Assembly (NCBI RefSeq): GCF_018350175.1
Contig: NC_058368.1
Coordinates: forward strand, 183,522,001-183,586,000
Source: Felis catus
Lineage: Eukaryota
DNA: 64,000 nucleotides
Direction: 5' to 3'
Below, in pieces: positions 14,410-26,048 of the stretch (position 1 is the stretch's first letter; every line of letters starts with the position of its first letter). Under the pieces are notes generated by a model that ran no database searches, was not told where the DNA came from, and saw nothing but the letters and a program-made list of their open reading frames with translations. A program made the translations under genes and the position numbers.

Positions 14410-14800
14410 TTGGAGAGGAGCAAACTGGATTTTAGTCTTAGCTTAAATTTTCTAACTACATGAACCTGAGGAAACTGCAAATCTCTCTGTGACTTAGGTT
14501 TACCTATAAAATAAATAGAATGCTTTTTGAAAAAGTTATACAATCTTATTATTAAATATAGTGCTCCTGAGATTCTTAAATGAAATAATTCATAAAAATG
14601 CCCAATGCATTATAAAAACACTTTCTGTGTGCATGTACATGTGTCCATATACTTGCAATCAACTCAGCTGTGTTAGGCACTTTCTTAAACATTCCATAAG
14701 ATATACAGGGTTATTATCTGCATTTATGATGAAACTGACAAACAGAAGGGTTAAATGAGTTGTACAAGATCCCACACCAATGAGTAAGAACACAATTTGA
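14410..14800. mobile_element. MIR remnants (a plus piece ~14410-14600 and a minus piece ~14670-14800)
   Basis: MIR-core-like motifs atctctctgtgacttaggtttacctataaaat and gatgaaactgacaaacagaaggggttaaatgagttg-like. Confidence 0.5.
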
Positions 14801-15589
14801 AAAATACATTTATATTAATCACTAAACTGTACAACCCTACTGTACATAGTAGTTCCCTAGGTCCAAACCCTTGGAAAGCTTTATCCAAGAAGAGTTCTGT
14901 TAATATGAATCTTTGGACCTTTAGATTCAGTTAACACAATTTTGAAATGCCTTCCTCCATTTAGTTGACATTGGTTTTGTGCTTCTTCTCCTAAAGACAT
15001 GATTAAGGGACACCTTATTTTGTAATTGAAAATGAAATCCGTAATAGTTAACTTCATCATCACATAAAGATTGAAATAACAACTGTAAGACCATGGATCA
15101 TATAATTATTCTTGGCCTTGTACCCTGTCCACAGCACTCCTTCTCATCAAAACCTTATCGCTTCTGTCCCTCACATTCCTATGCAAAAAAAGTCTTACCT
15201 TAGAATGCAGAATTAAATGTATAAAATGTAGATCATGCACAACCAATTTTCTCACTCAGAGGAACAAAATTGTTATTTAAAAAAGTGGGGGGAAAAGACC
15301 CTCTCAATTCTTCTTGGAGTTTCTTGCAAATTGTGACATTTTACAATACACCATTAAATATTTCTTCAATTGATAACAGGTAACAATTGAAAACATCATG
15401 GGTGGCCAGTAAATGTAACCAAAGCAACAAAGTATAAAATAGATCTATTTTTCCCTTTATTTCCACAATGATATAAGAGAAAAATTCTGAATTAAAAAAA
15501 AAATCCAACAGATGATATTGAAAAGTGACATTAAAATGACGTCTTTTTCAGTGGGAAGCTGGCCATTACAAAAGCTTATTGTTTGTGGA

Positions 15590-15630
<41 letters not shown>
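15590..15630. repeat. (TG)n microsatellite
   Basis: Directly visible. Confidence 0.97.
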
Positions 15631-15632
<2 letters not shown>

Positions 15633-16049
15633 GGATTTTCCTTTCCCTCAAGAAAATCTCATGTTGTAAAATTCCCTTTTTATAGTCATTATTTTTAGTC
15701 AAAAACAAGGCATCAGCATTATCTGAAGAAATTTTTCTTATGTAATAAGATGACTGACTTTGAAACTTCTGTTGACTTTGAAACTTACATTTTTAAAGTT
15801 TAACTAAGTGATATCAAATATGATTTTTTTTATTCCTAAACATCTCCTTGGCGTGACAGCACATTTTTCCTAAACATAGTATTCTGGATTCTGACTTACG
15901 TTTAATAATTTAGATCATTTGAAAGTTAATTAATGTTAAACTCTATACTGTGAATCTAAAATTGGTTATATATCAAATAAGCAATATTTCAGTTTTCTTT
16001 TTTTCTTTTTCTCCTTATGATTTTATTTGTAGCCTCCAGTCTATTAATT

Positions 16050-16560
16050 CAGAACATGAGCCATAGATTCAGGAGAATCTAAACTTGAACTTCTGCTCCC
16101 ATATTCACTTAAGTTTCAAACCTCTACGGAGGCCATCTCCTCACTGTAAAAATGTGTTAGGTAAGGATACCCACTTTACAGGGCTGCTGTGAAGATTAAA
16201 TGAAATTAGTACTAATTACTAAGTAATGAGTAGTAATTAATACTAAGTATATTAAGTTAAACAGCATAGGTGGATCAGTATTACATTGCAGGTTGGTCAT
16301 TTCACCTATGTGTAAAAGCGATTTCATTGTCAAGCCTTTTTCCTATCAGATATCAAATGCAACATGTATGTACTTAGTACTAAGTACATGTCTGTACTTA
16401 GGAGCACAGACTTCAGCTGAGTCACAGGTTCAACGCTTACTTTCTGTGTGATTTTGGAAAATTTAACATAACTACCCTACATCTTGTTTAAATGGGAATC
16501 AAAGTACCCACCTCTTCAGGCAGTTGTGAAAAATAAATGAGATCCTGAATGACATAGAAT
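16050..16560 (+). mobile_element. Two MIR remnants
   Basis: ctgtaaaatg...acagggctgctgtgaagattaaatga and aaatgggaatcaaagtacccacctcttcaggcagttgtgaaaaataaatgag. Confidence 0.65.
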
Positions 16561-16692
16561 TTATAGAATTTAGAGCAGTAAACTAGTATGATAGTCATTA
16601 CTACCAAGTTCACTACATGGAAACTACACATAATATTCATGTAAAAGGATAGTTTTCTTCCATTTTCTTATGTCAAATGCCAAAGTGACAAG

Positions 16693-16875
16693 TAGTGGCA
16701 TATCAAGGGTGAGGGTAGTGTAATGAAAGGCGTCCACCCTGGGGGCAAACAATAAGGAGGACCATTGTCTATAGGAATTTAAAAGGATAATAACACTGAC
16801 AAAAAAATAATCATCATGTCCTGTGTGCTGGGGTAAACTATTTCCATTGTCTTCATTTGCTTTGTTGCACCACTA
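16693..16875. mobile_element. hAT-Tip100-like MITE
   Basis: Degenerate TIRs tagtggcatatcaa / rc tagtggtgcaacaa; flanking 8-mers gtgacaag / gtagcaaa (5/8, all differences are transitions). Confidence 0.6.
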
Positions 16876-17086
16876 GTAGCAAATTGTTGGTGCATTTTCC
16901 TTTTTTTTTTTTTTTTTTTGGTACCTTTCACCTTTTCTCTAGTTTTATTTATATAAATCCTCATGATTATTATATAGTGTGTTTGTTAAAACACATATAG
17001 GGATTGAATATATAAATTCAATAGCATTTAATTTTTTAACTTTTTATCAGATAAGCAGAATTCTTTCATTGATTATGACAAAACTA

Positions 17087-17288
17087 GGGGCACCTGCGTG
17101 GCTCAGCAGGTTAAGTGTCCGACTCTTGGTTTCAGCTCAGGCATGATCTCATGGTTCGTGGGTTTGAGCCCTCCATCAGGTTCCACACTGTTGATGCAGA
17201 GCCTGCTTGGATTCTCTCTCTCCCTTTCCCTGTCCCTCTCCGGCTCGCTCATACTCTCTCTCTCACACAAAATAAATAAACTTAAAAA
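17087..17288 (+). mobile_element. CanSINE (older subfamily)
   Basis: SINE head/(CT)n/A-tail; 14-bp TSD attatgacaaaact at 17072-17085 and 17289-17302. Confidence 0.96.
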
Positions 17289-19183
17289 ATTATGACAAAA
17301 CTGTTTTAGTAAATTTTAACATTATTAATAAGTGCATTATACTATTTCTAAGTGTAAAAACAACATGACATTGATAAGTCCAAAATTCCAAAATTGCCAA
17401 TTCTCCCAACCTGAAACTACTGCAAACATTTGACATTCAGCTCCTTCTCGGTAAGCAAGAAATTCTGTTTGACTTGTCACATATTCCTTGTACAATCCTT
17501 AAAGTTTCTCAGTTCAGTATGTACAATATGTCTGACTTACAATATCTCCCCATCCAAAATCTATCCTTAAGAAAAAAAGACTGCTAGGGAATGAACCTCA
17601 GAGTAGAATATACACAGTGGTTAAGGAATAAAATAGCTATATTATCTCTCATTAATGTTGGGGGTAACAGAAGTAATATCCCAAGTTATTCTGAAATAAT
17701 GTACACATATAAATTTTTTTTCAGCTCAACAATTTTAAAAATATAAGTTTATTGTGATTTTTATAATAAGTACATCAGATTCAGAATATTTATCATAGAT
17801 TTTACTATTTAGCTGCAAAAATATATATGCAGGATAATATTAAGTTGATCTTGAATGAGAGAGTTATGATGACATATATTCTAATGCTTTTCATGATATT
17901 TAGACAAGAATTTGGCTAATTTAATATCTATAAAAATTATATTTCTAATATGGGGATAATCTACTTGAGTTGTGATTATCACTGCAACTAATCCATGAAA
18001 CTTTGCAAGAGTTCAAACTTGAATATCACCATCGACTTCATTTTCCTCTGCAAATTGTTGTACATATATTCATTTTCACTTAAAAGAATGAAAATGGTAA
18101 AAGTAAATAGTATCATACTCTTCTTTAACACAGATATATTATTCATCTGTTTTATGGTGTTTTTACATCAGTAATCCTCAAATATAACTTCCCAAGCTGT
18201 ATTTCTCTTGCTATTACAATAACACATGCTTATTTAAATACCTCCTATTGACTATGCCTTATCTGAAGATTGGCCTCATTTTATCAAAAACACATTAAAA
18301 GGAGAATTTAAAGAATACACTTATAACTAATATATATTCCAACTTATTATCTAAGAATAAATTCTTATTTTTATTATTTACTCTTCTAGAACTTAAAATA
18401 TCACTGCTGGGGACATTTTTTAATGGCAATATGATTAAATCACCAGTAAGATTTTTTTTTTTTTAAGTTGGCTTCATGTAAAATGTAGTTCCACAGACTA
18501 AACAGCATCATTATATAGCTCAAAACGTGTTTTGCCTGGAAATTTGGATGTATATGCTAATTAGACAGGAAATACATCCATTTTATTCTGAAAAGCATTT
18601 TATACTATTTAAAAGCTCAAAGCTTTTTTGATTTTTGTTTTTATGTTTGTTTGAACAATTACCATGTGTGTAATCATCAAAATTATGATAATAATTCATC
18701 AAAGTAGAGAGCCCGGTATTAACTTTCGTGTGATAGATTCACTTCATGCTTTTGGAAAACACAGCGTAAGGAACACCTTACAGTGAGGAATCTCACTATA
18801 CGGTTAGGTAAGAGCTGTATTTTTCTTTTGTATGCAAGAAAGAACCAAACTTTTTATAAGCATTTAACATATCTCAGTTTTTAAGTCTCTTTTTGCTCTA
18901 TTTTAAGATACTCTTCTGGGTCTGTGATGAATAAACATGAAACACTTAGTCTTGCAAGTAGTTAATACAAATATACAGATGACTATAAGGTATACCAAGT
19001 AATGTGTCCACAGGAGAGTACAAAGAGTGTCAGAAATCAAAATGAGAGCTATCGGGAAGCTCATGGAAGGACAAAAATTGAAATGGGCCTTGAAATATAG
19101 ATAAGCATTTGGCATGTGAAGAGGGAGGGAAAGGAAGCAGCTAAGGGCAGAAAGATTTGCAAAAAGGAAAGTAGTAGTTTCTG

Positions 19184-19185
<2 letters not shown>

Positions 19186-19219
<34 letters not shown>
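19186..19219. repeat. (GT)n microsatellite
   Basis: Directly visible. Confidence 0.97.
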
Positions 19220-19220
<1 letters not shown>

Positions 19221-20397
19221 TGCGAGTCTGTGTTAGAGCAGACAGGATGGTTATTGTATACAAAAGGCACTCCATGTATTTTAATAAAGAAAGTTAAAAA
19301 AAAATCCAAGAAGTAAAACAAATAGTGCTACAGATTATAATAACTATTAATTACCCTAACTATTTATAGTATGTCAGTAATGATTCAGCACCTAGAACTG
19401 CAAAATAGGTAGCACAACCCCTAGGTTATGTGCCATTCTTGAACTTTATCTGTGTTTTCATTACTACCTGTCTTTTTTTGCTCTTCCTTCTACGCATGAG
19501 AAGCCTTATGAAAAGCAAAGGATTAAATGTGATGTTACGTGCACAAGTTGACATGACTTTTCAAAAAGCAAAACAGTCATAAACTTGAGGCTTTAATTAT
19601 GATTGGTAACTAACCATCGGTGATATACTTCATAACTAGTTAGAGTATGCCAGTATATCCTAACACATTCTGGGAATCAGGAATAATAAGGAGTGACTGG
19701 AGATTTCATTGTTTATACGATTAAGTAATAAAAGTTATGCTTTGATTATGTGACTCTGACTTTGTAAGGAATGCTTTGGATTGGATTGGGGAGAGTTTGG
19801 AAATCTAAATAAAGAGTCTAAAAAGACTGATTCAGGATGATGGCAGTGGGTATAGAAAAGAAAGAAGATATAGAAAGATGACTCTAAACATGGAAAATAA
19901 AGGAGCAGTTCATTAATGACAGGTATGGGTTCAAGAAGTTTCTGAGGGTAGGCTGCTGACAGCATCATAGTCAACAGATATAAGGCAGTTAGAAATACCA
20001 GGCAGTTGGAAGATTTCCAGGTTTAGATAACTGAATAACAAAGAGACTGAGATGGCCTTTTGCCAGGATAACATTCATTTTTGAATCTACAGAGAGAAGC
20101 ATAGCAATAATTGGAAGGTCATACTTATAGAAATACATGAAAAGAATAGCAAACAATAAGAAAAGAAGAAGGCTGAGGACTAATTATTAACCTAAATTAC
20201 TTATATCTAATTAATGCATCTAAAACAAAGAGAAAGAGGAAGAGAAGGATGTCAAAGGAGCACTGGGAAGCAGAGAATGAGCCAAGTACAGTTCAAAATA
20301 ATCCAAGCTAAAAAAATTTAGGACAGAGGAAGAAGAAAACCTATCAAAGGTTACAGAAATGACAAACATTATGGAATGAGATAAAGCCATAATATTT

Positions 20398-20593
20398 TTT
20401 AAGGCTTTTCTTTTAATGTTTATTTACTTTTGAGAGAGGGGGTAAGAGGCAGAGAGAGAGGGGAACAGAGAAATCTGAAGCGGTCTCTGTACTGACAGCA
20501 GAGAGCCTGATGTGGGGCTCGAACTCAGGAACTGTGAGATCAAGACCTGAGCTAAAGTCACACACTTGAACAAATGAGCCACCCAGATTCCCC
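20398..20593 (-). mobile_element. CanSINE
   Basis: 15-bp TSD aaagccataatattt at 20383-20397 and 20594-20608. Confidence 0.96.
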
Positions 20594-21043
20594 AAAGCCA
20601 TAATATTTATCAATTAAGTGGTTACTACATTTGAAAATCTGACAGCAAATAATAATTTAAAAAATATTTTTATGTGTCAGAAATTATGCTAGAGTTTGAA
20701 GTTGTAAGTATAGGGAAAAAGAAACAAAATGTAATATTAAGTATAAAATGACTCTTGAACTCACAGTTTTTGTTTGTTTGTTTCGAACTCACAGTGTTTT
20801 AAGCCTCAGCAGAGATGATGGAAAATAGGTAAGCATTAATAAATTAAAAGAAGGCAAGGACCTTAAATAAACGTACAGACATACCACATGAAAGAAGGAA
20901 AGAAATGGATCTGTAGCTTGACAATTTGTCTTTCTATACATATGTAAAATTTTACTTAAAAAATGTTTTCTCTTAAACAAACTTATTAACTAGATGTTAG
21001 GCCTCTTACTTGCATCTGGTGTATTACTGGCATGGCATGGAAT

Positions 21044-21213
21044 CAGGAGCAACTAAGTAATCTGCAAGGCCCATTGCCAAAATGAAAGGCTGAGGCCCCT
21101 GTTAAAACAGTATTGAGAATGTCAAGACACTGACAGAAGAGCATTACAACAAGCATGGAGGCCTTTTGAGTATCAGGTTCTACACAGGCCATATGTCTAT
21201 GAAGCCAGCCCCA
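21044..21213 (-). mobile_element. MER45A-like hAT-Tip100 MITE
   Basis: gcaaggcccattgccaaaatgaaa...ggcccctgtt...agagcattacaacaagcatgg...atgaagccagccc; 8-bp TSD catggaat (21036-21043) / catgggat (21214-21221). Confidence 0.85.
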
Positions 21214-21239
21214 CATGGGATTTAGACTACCATCCCATT

Positions 21240-22395
21240 ATTCCTTTACAGATTCTATGGCTGGTTCCTCTCCTTTTCCATGTCTGTATTCTGAGATATC
21301 TAGGAGCTTAGGTTTGCCTTCTTCTCTATCTACATTCACTCCGTGGAACATTCATTCAGTCTCATCACCAGGCAAACCATCAATGTGCAATCATTCTCAC
21401 AGTTCTGTCTCTGCACCAGGTTTTCCTCCAAACTTCATACCCATATATAGACTGCCCAATCTACCTCTCTACCCGGCTGTCTAAAAGACATTTCAAGTTT
21501 GAAGTTCCAACTTTCATCTCAAGCTCACCTCTTCATTTCTCCCCAATACCTGTCTTCTTACACCCTTACACATCACATTGGTTGCATAAACCAATCTTCC
21601 AGTTTCTCACAGCCAAGAAAAAAAAAATCACTTAAAAATTTCTTCCCATTTCGAATTCATGACGTTTAGGCTCTAAATTAAAAATGCATCCAGAATCTAA
21701 ACGTTTCTTATTATGTCTACTGTTTCCACTCTGGTCTGAGACACCATCATTTCTTATCTAGATCACTGCAACAGCTTGTTAATTGAGCTCCTTGCTTTCT
21801 ACACTTGTCCTCCTCAGACTATTCTCAACAAACTAGCCAGAATGATTCTATTAAAGCGTAATTCAGATGGAATCACTCCTCAATATCCTGAAGTGGCTCC
21901 CTATCCATCTCACAATAAAAGATAAAGTTCCTAAAATGCCTTCAAAACTCTGTGAGACCTGACTTCTTGTTACTTGGTCGCAACTTTCCTACTCTCTAGT
22001 TACGCCCGTCTTGTCCAGCCATACTGGCTTTCAGAACAAACGCGTGATTACTCTCTACTTCCTTAGAGTTCTGTCAAATCTCACCTTCTCAATGAGGTCT
22101 ATCCAGATACTCTCATGTAAAACTGCAACAACAACTGCTTGGGTTTCATCTCCCCATATTCTGCCTCCCTTGCTCTGTTCTATTTTCCCATATTTTTAGT
22201 GTATCGCTTGTCATCTTGTAAAATGCTGCATAATTAATTAGTTGTTGCTGTTGTTTTACCTCTTTTCCTCTACTAACATGAAAATACTATTAAGACAGAG
22301 ATCTTTATTTATTCTCTATTACATATGAAGCATCTAATACAACATCTGGCACATAGCAGGCACTCAATAAACAGTTGTTGAATGAATGGATCATT
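21240..22395 (+). mobile_element. LINE-2 (L2a-like) 3' portion
   Basis: C/T-rich L2 ORF2-type sequence ending in the typical L2 tail tggcacatagcaggcactcaataaacagttgttgaatgaatg. Confidence 0.85.
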
Positions 22396-23164
22396 AAATA
22401 TGTGACTAAATGAAAGAAGATATATGCGCACTACTCAGCTTTATACTGTGTAAAAGTATTATAAAATGAGCAATTAGAAGTAAATAAATCTTGTCGTACC
22501 CTGAAACCCTGGTAGGTAATAAGCAACATAATATAACTAAAAATATTCCATTTTACTAAGTGGTATTTATAGTAATGACTGCTATAAATGCACACTTATT
22601 GGGGGATATGATATAAATTTAATTTACTTCTATGTGAAATGTTTCTCACCCTATCTTTTCATTTCCTATAACTTAAATATCAATAAATGTATTTCCTTAA
22701 GGGTATTATTTCTAACATTTAAATTTCTGACCTCCAAAACAGCAGGAATTGATTAACATTTAACAACATGGAAATGTGAAGAAATGAGAAAATTAAGTAT
22801 TGTACCTCATAACTCAGAGCTTATGGCTTAGTTTTAATGCAGCATGTAAAGGCTTTAGACTTCACATAATCTATTTAAAGTCTGTGTTCTTACACACTGG
22901 GGTGGAAGATAAGAAGGAAGTGTACAAGTAACTGAATTTAATCCCATTTAAAGACCCAGTATCCATTGGAGTTGTGTGCAAATAAACAATCAGAAAAAAT
23001 TTATAATCTCTACTCATTCTCATTAAGACAACAGAAGTTCAGCACACATGGCTTGAATGGCATTTTTGCTTGATTTTATATTATCCACTATATAATATGC
23101 TTTGAAAAGGAGAAATAGGAGTTTGAGAAAAATGGAAAGCAGCATAATGTAAAGTTCCAGACAA

Positions 23165-23520
23165 TGTGGAGTTAGAGATGCTACTATCAGAATGATTCTT
23201 TTAAAAATACAAAACTGACTACGTCACCACTCAGATGAAAAAACCTGCAGCGTCTCCCCTTTGACAAAGCGGAAATCAAAGCCAAAGCCCTTACAATACT
23301 CCACTGCCCTACATGATTGGGCCCTTCCCACTTCTGACCTACTTTCTACCACTCTCCTCTTTGTCTTCTGTCTCCCCAACCCTGTTATTATTCCTTTAGC
23401 AACACAGACACTAGGGTTCTTCTGACTATGGGTCCTCTTCTTGGAATATTTTCCACAATATCTGCCTAGTAATGCCACTCTCCATGTGAATTCTTCATTC
23501 ACCTTCTTTATGAACTTATG
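23165..23520 (+). mobile_element. LINE-2 fragment
   Basis: cagaatgattcttttaaaa...aaatcaaagccaaagcccttacaa...gccctacatgattggg resemble L2. Confidence 0.6.
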
Positions 23521-23549
23521 AATACACAAACTCATAAACATGCATTTAA

Positions 23550-24665
23550 CACCAGCCTAGAAACATTCCCAACAAAGTAAAGAATAAAACAAAAATGTCC
23601 ACCAATATCACTATTACTGCAAATTACTGTGGAAGTGCTTAGCCAACTCAACTGTGCATGCCATGTGACCCCCCACCCCCCACATACCTGTGCATTTAAC
23701 TTACAGCTATCTGGAGATATTATATACTTAAAATTTTGGCAGTATCACATTGAAAACATTTCTAGAAAGATTATTTTTTAATATTTATTTTTGAGAGAGA
23801 TGGAGACAGACAAAATGTGAACAGGGGAGGAGCAGAGAGAGGGAAACAAAGAATCTGAAGCAGGCTCTGAGCTGTCAGCACAGACCCTGATGTGGGGCTC
23901 GAACTCACAAACTGTGAGATCATGACCTGAGCCGAAGTCAGACACTCAACCAACTGAGCCACCCAGGCGACCCTAGAAAGATTATTTTTTAAATTAAGTC
24001 AGCAATCATAAAAAACTCTCTGAACTTCTATTGGTACTTTTTAAGAAAATACACTGCATGTTACTGAATAAACTTTAGAGAGGAGCAATGTTTATATGAA
24101 AAAAAGTTGTAATTCCCCATGAAGGAACATAAAACAACACTGGAATAAATTAAGAGACTCAATCACATAAGGAGGTTAATTCTCTTAATTAAATCTTTCA
24201 TGAAAATTTGGTAACATCCCAGTCAACTCCATCATAAAATAATCCAACAGTTAATCTAAAAACATGAAAATATTAAAATTGACATAAAAATATGCAAACA
24301 ATAAAGAGTAATGATCATTTGCCTTCTTTATCACATATTAAAATGTATTATAAAATTATGATTAAACATTTTATAACACCAAATTTTATATTTGTAAATT
24401 AGACTACTAAACAAACTTGCTGAAATTTTATTAACTGCAATGGTCAGCTTTTTAAAAATTAAGTGAAGGCTTCATGTATATAGTCATATTATCTGTAAAT
24501 AATAAATAATTTACATTTTTCTATTCAATTGTTATACTTCATTTATTTCTCTTGTCAAAATGAATTAGTCCATATTTTCAAAATGTTTCATAATAATGCC
24601 AAAAACGTGTAGCTTATACCTTGTTGGTAACTTTTACGAATGTTCTTTATGTTTTTCACTTAGGG
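23550..24665. mobile_element. Very old L1 ORF2 remnants (plus piece, then inverted minus piece ~24380-24665)
   Basis: RT-region-like motifs; rc of atattatctgtaaataa resembles the LFADD codons. Confidence 0.45.
23782..23972 (-). mobile_element. CanSINE
   Basis: TSD ctagaaagattattttttaa at 23762-23781 and 23973-23992. Confidence 0.96.
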
Positions 24666-26048
24666 AGAAAATATTGAGAGTACACTCCAAATTTAACAAG
24701 ACAGTAACAAGAACACTGGGGAGGGAAAGACACAATATTTGGATAGCTAAAAGTAAGGAAATGTTCAGAGGATATGAATATCAGAATGTAGACACGGTGA
24801 CACAAATGCTGTATGTTCAGAGTCAAAGCAATAACAAAAGACAGAACTCTTCTAACATACAGACATGAGGTATGAAACCTACCTTGGTTTCTACTATTTC
24901 TTTTATATGAACAGTGTTTTAATTATAGAAAAGCATATTTCATTTAAATATGAGGAAGGGAAAGAAGTTACAATTAATCACATATTAAAAGACAGGCAGA
25001 ATAAAAGGAAAGATAATTTTAATAATGTACTAATAGTTAACCACGGCATAATAGAATATTAGGGCCATAATATATGTGAAGTATTCTAATTTAATATTAT
25101 AAAATTATATAAACAAGTTTTAAAAACAATAGAAAAATAGAAAAAAGAATAAAATAGAAATTAAAAAATCAAAATGATAAGACTGAATAATAGAGAACAG
25201 AGCACAGAAAAAAAAAGTAGAAAATATGGAAAAATATTTCAAAAATTAAGAGAAAACAAGAAGCAACAAAGGTAAGGACAGACACATTTGAAATCATGAC
25301 CAAAGAAATAAGGGAAGAAGTAAGAAAATCAAAAAGGAACAGAAAATACAATAAAGAGAATTAAAAGATGATCAGTTTAGAAGGCAAAGAAGATCCAACA
25401 TAGATATAATTGACGTTCTCTGAGAAGAAAACAAATCAACAAAACAAAACAAATGGCAAAATATGTAATTAAAAAAATTACCCAATTAAATAGAAATTGA
25501 ATTTGTTTAGGAAGTGAAAACTATTCAATTGAGAAAAATCAGCCTAGAAGGGTTAAAACTAAAATATATTCTAGAAAAAAAAACACTGTAGTTTAAACAT
25601 AAAATAAATAAATAATCAAATCAATTACTCTGGACAACTATGCAAAAACGGTACTAAATAAGGTTAAATAAAAAAATATATTTCCATCTAACTTATCAAC
25701 AGCAGCACATCTTAACACAATTGAATTATGCATTTAAAATCATGAAACAAAACAATGGTACAAAGAGTTTAAGCTCCAGGCAAAATTACTTTTCATGAAT
25801 AATAGTTATAGAACAATTATGGGCCTGCAAGGCATCAAAAAGTTTGGTAGTGATAAGTTTTTACTGAAGAAATGTTTCAAGAATGAGCTTCAAAGGACCA
25901 AGAATTGTTGATGAAAGTTTCTTTCCAAAGTGTATTAGTGGGCATTGATATATTTACTTGTAGCACTGTGACTAGGTCATAGGGATAAAAGTGACATGTT
26001 AAGTAAAACATGCAACAGGCCAAAAAGTAATACAAAAATGAAATTGCA

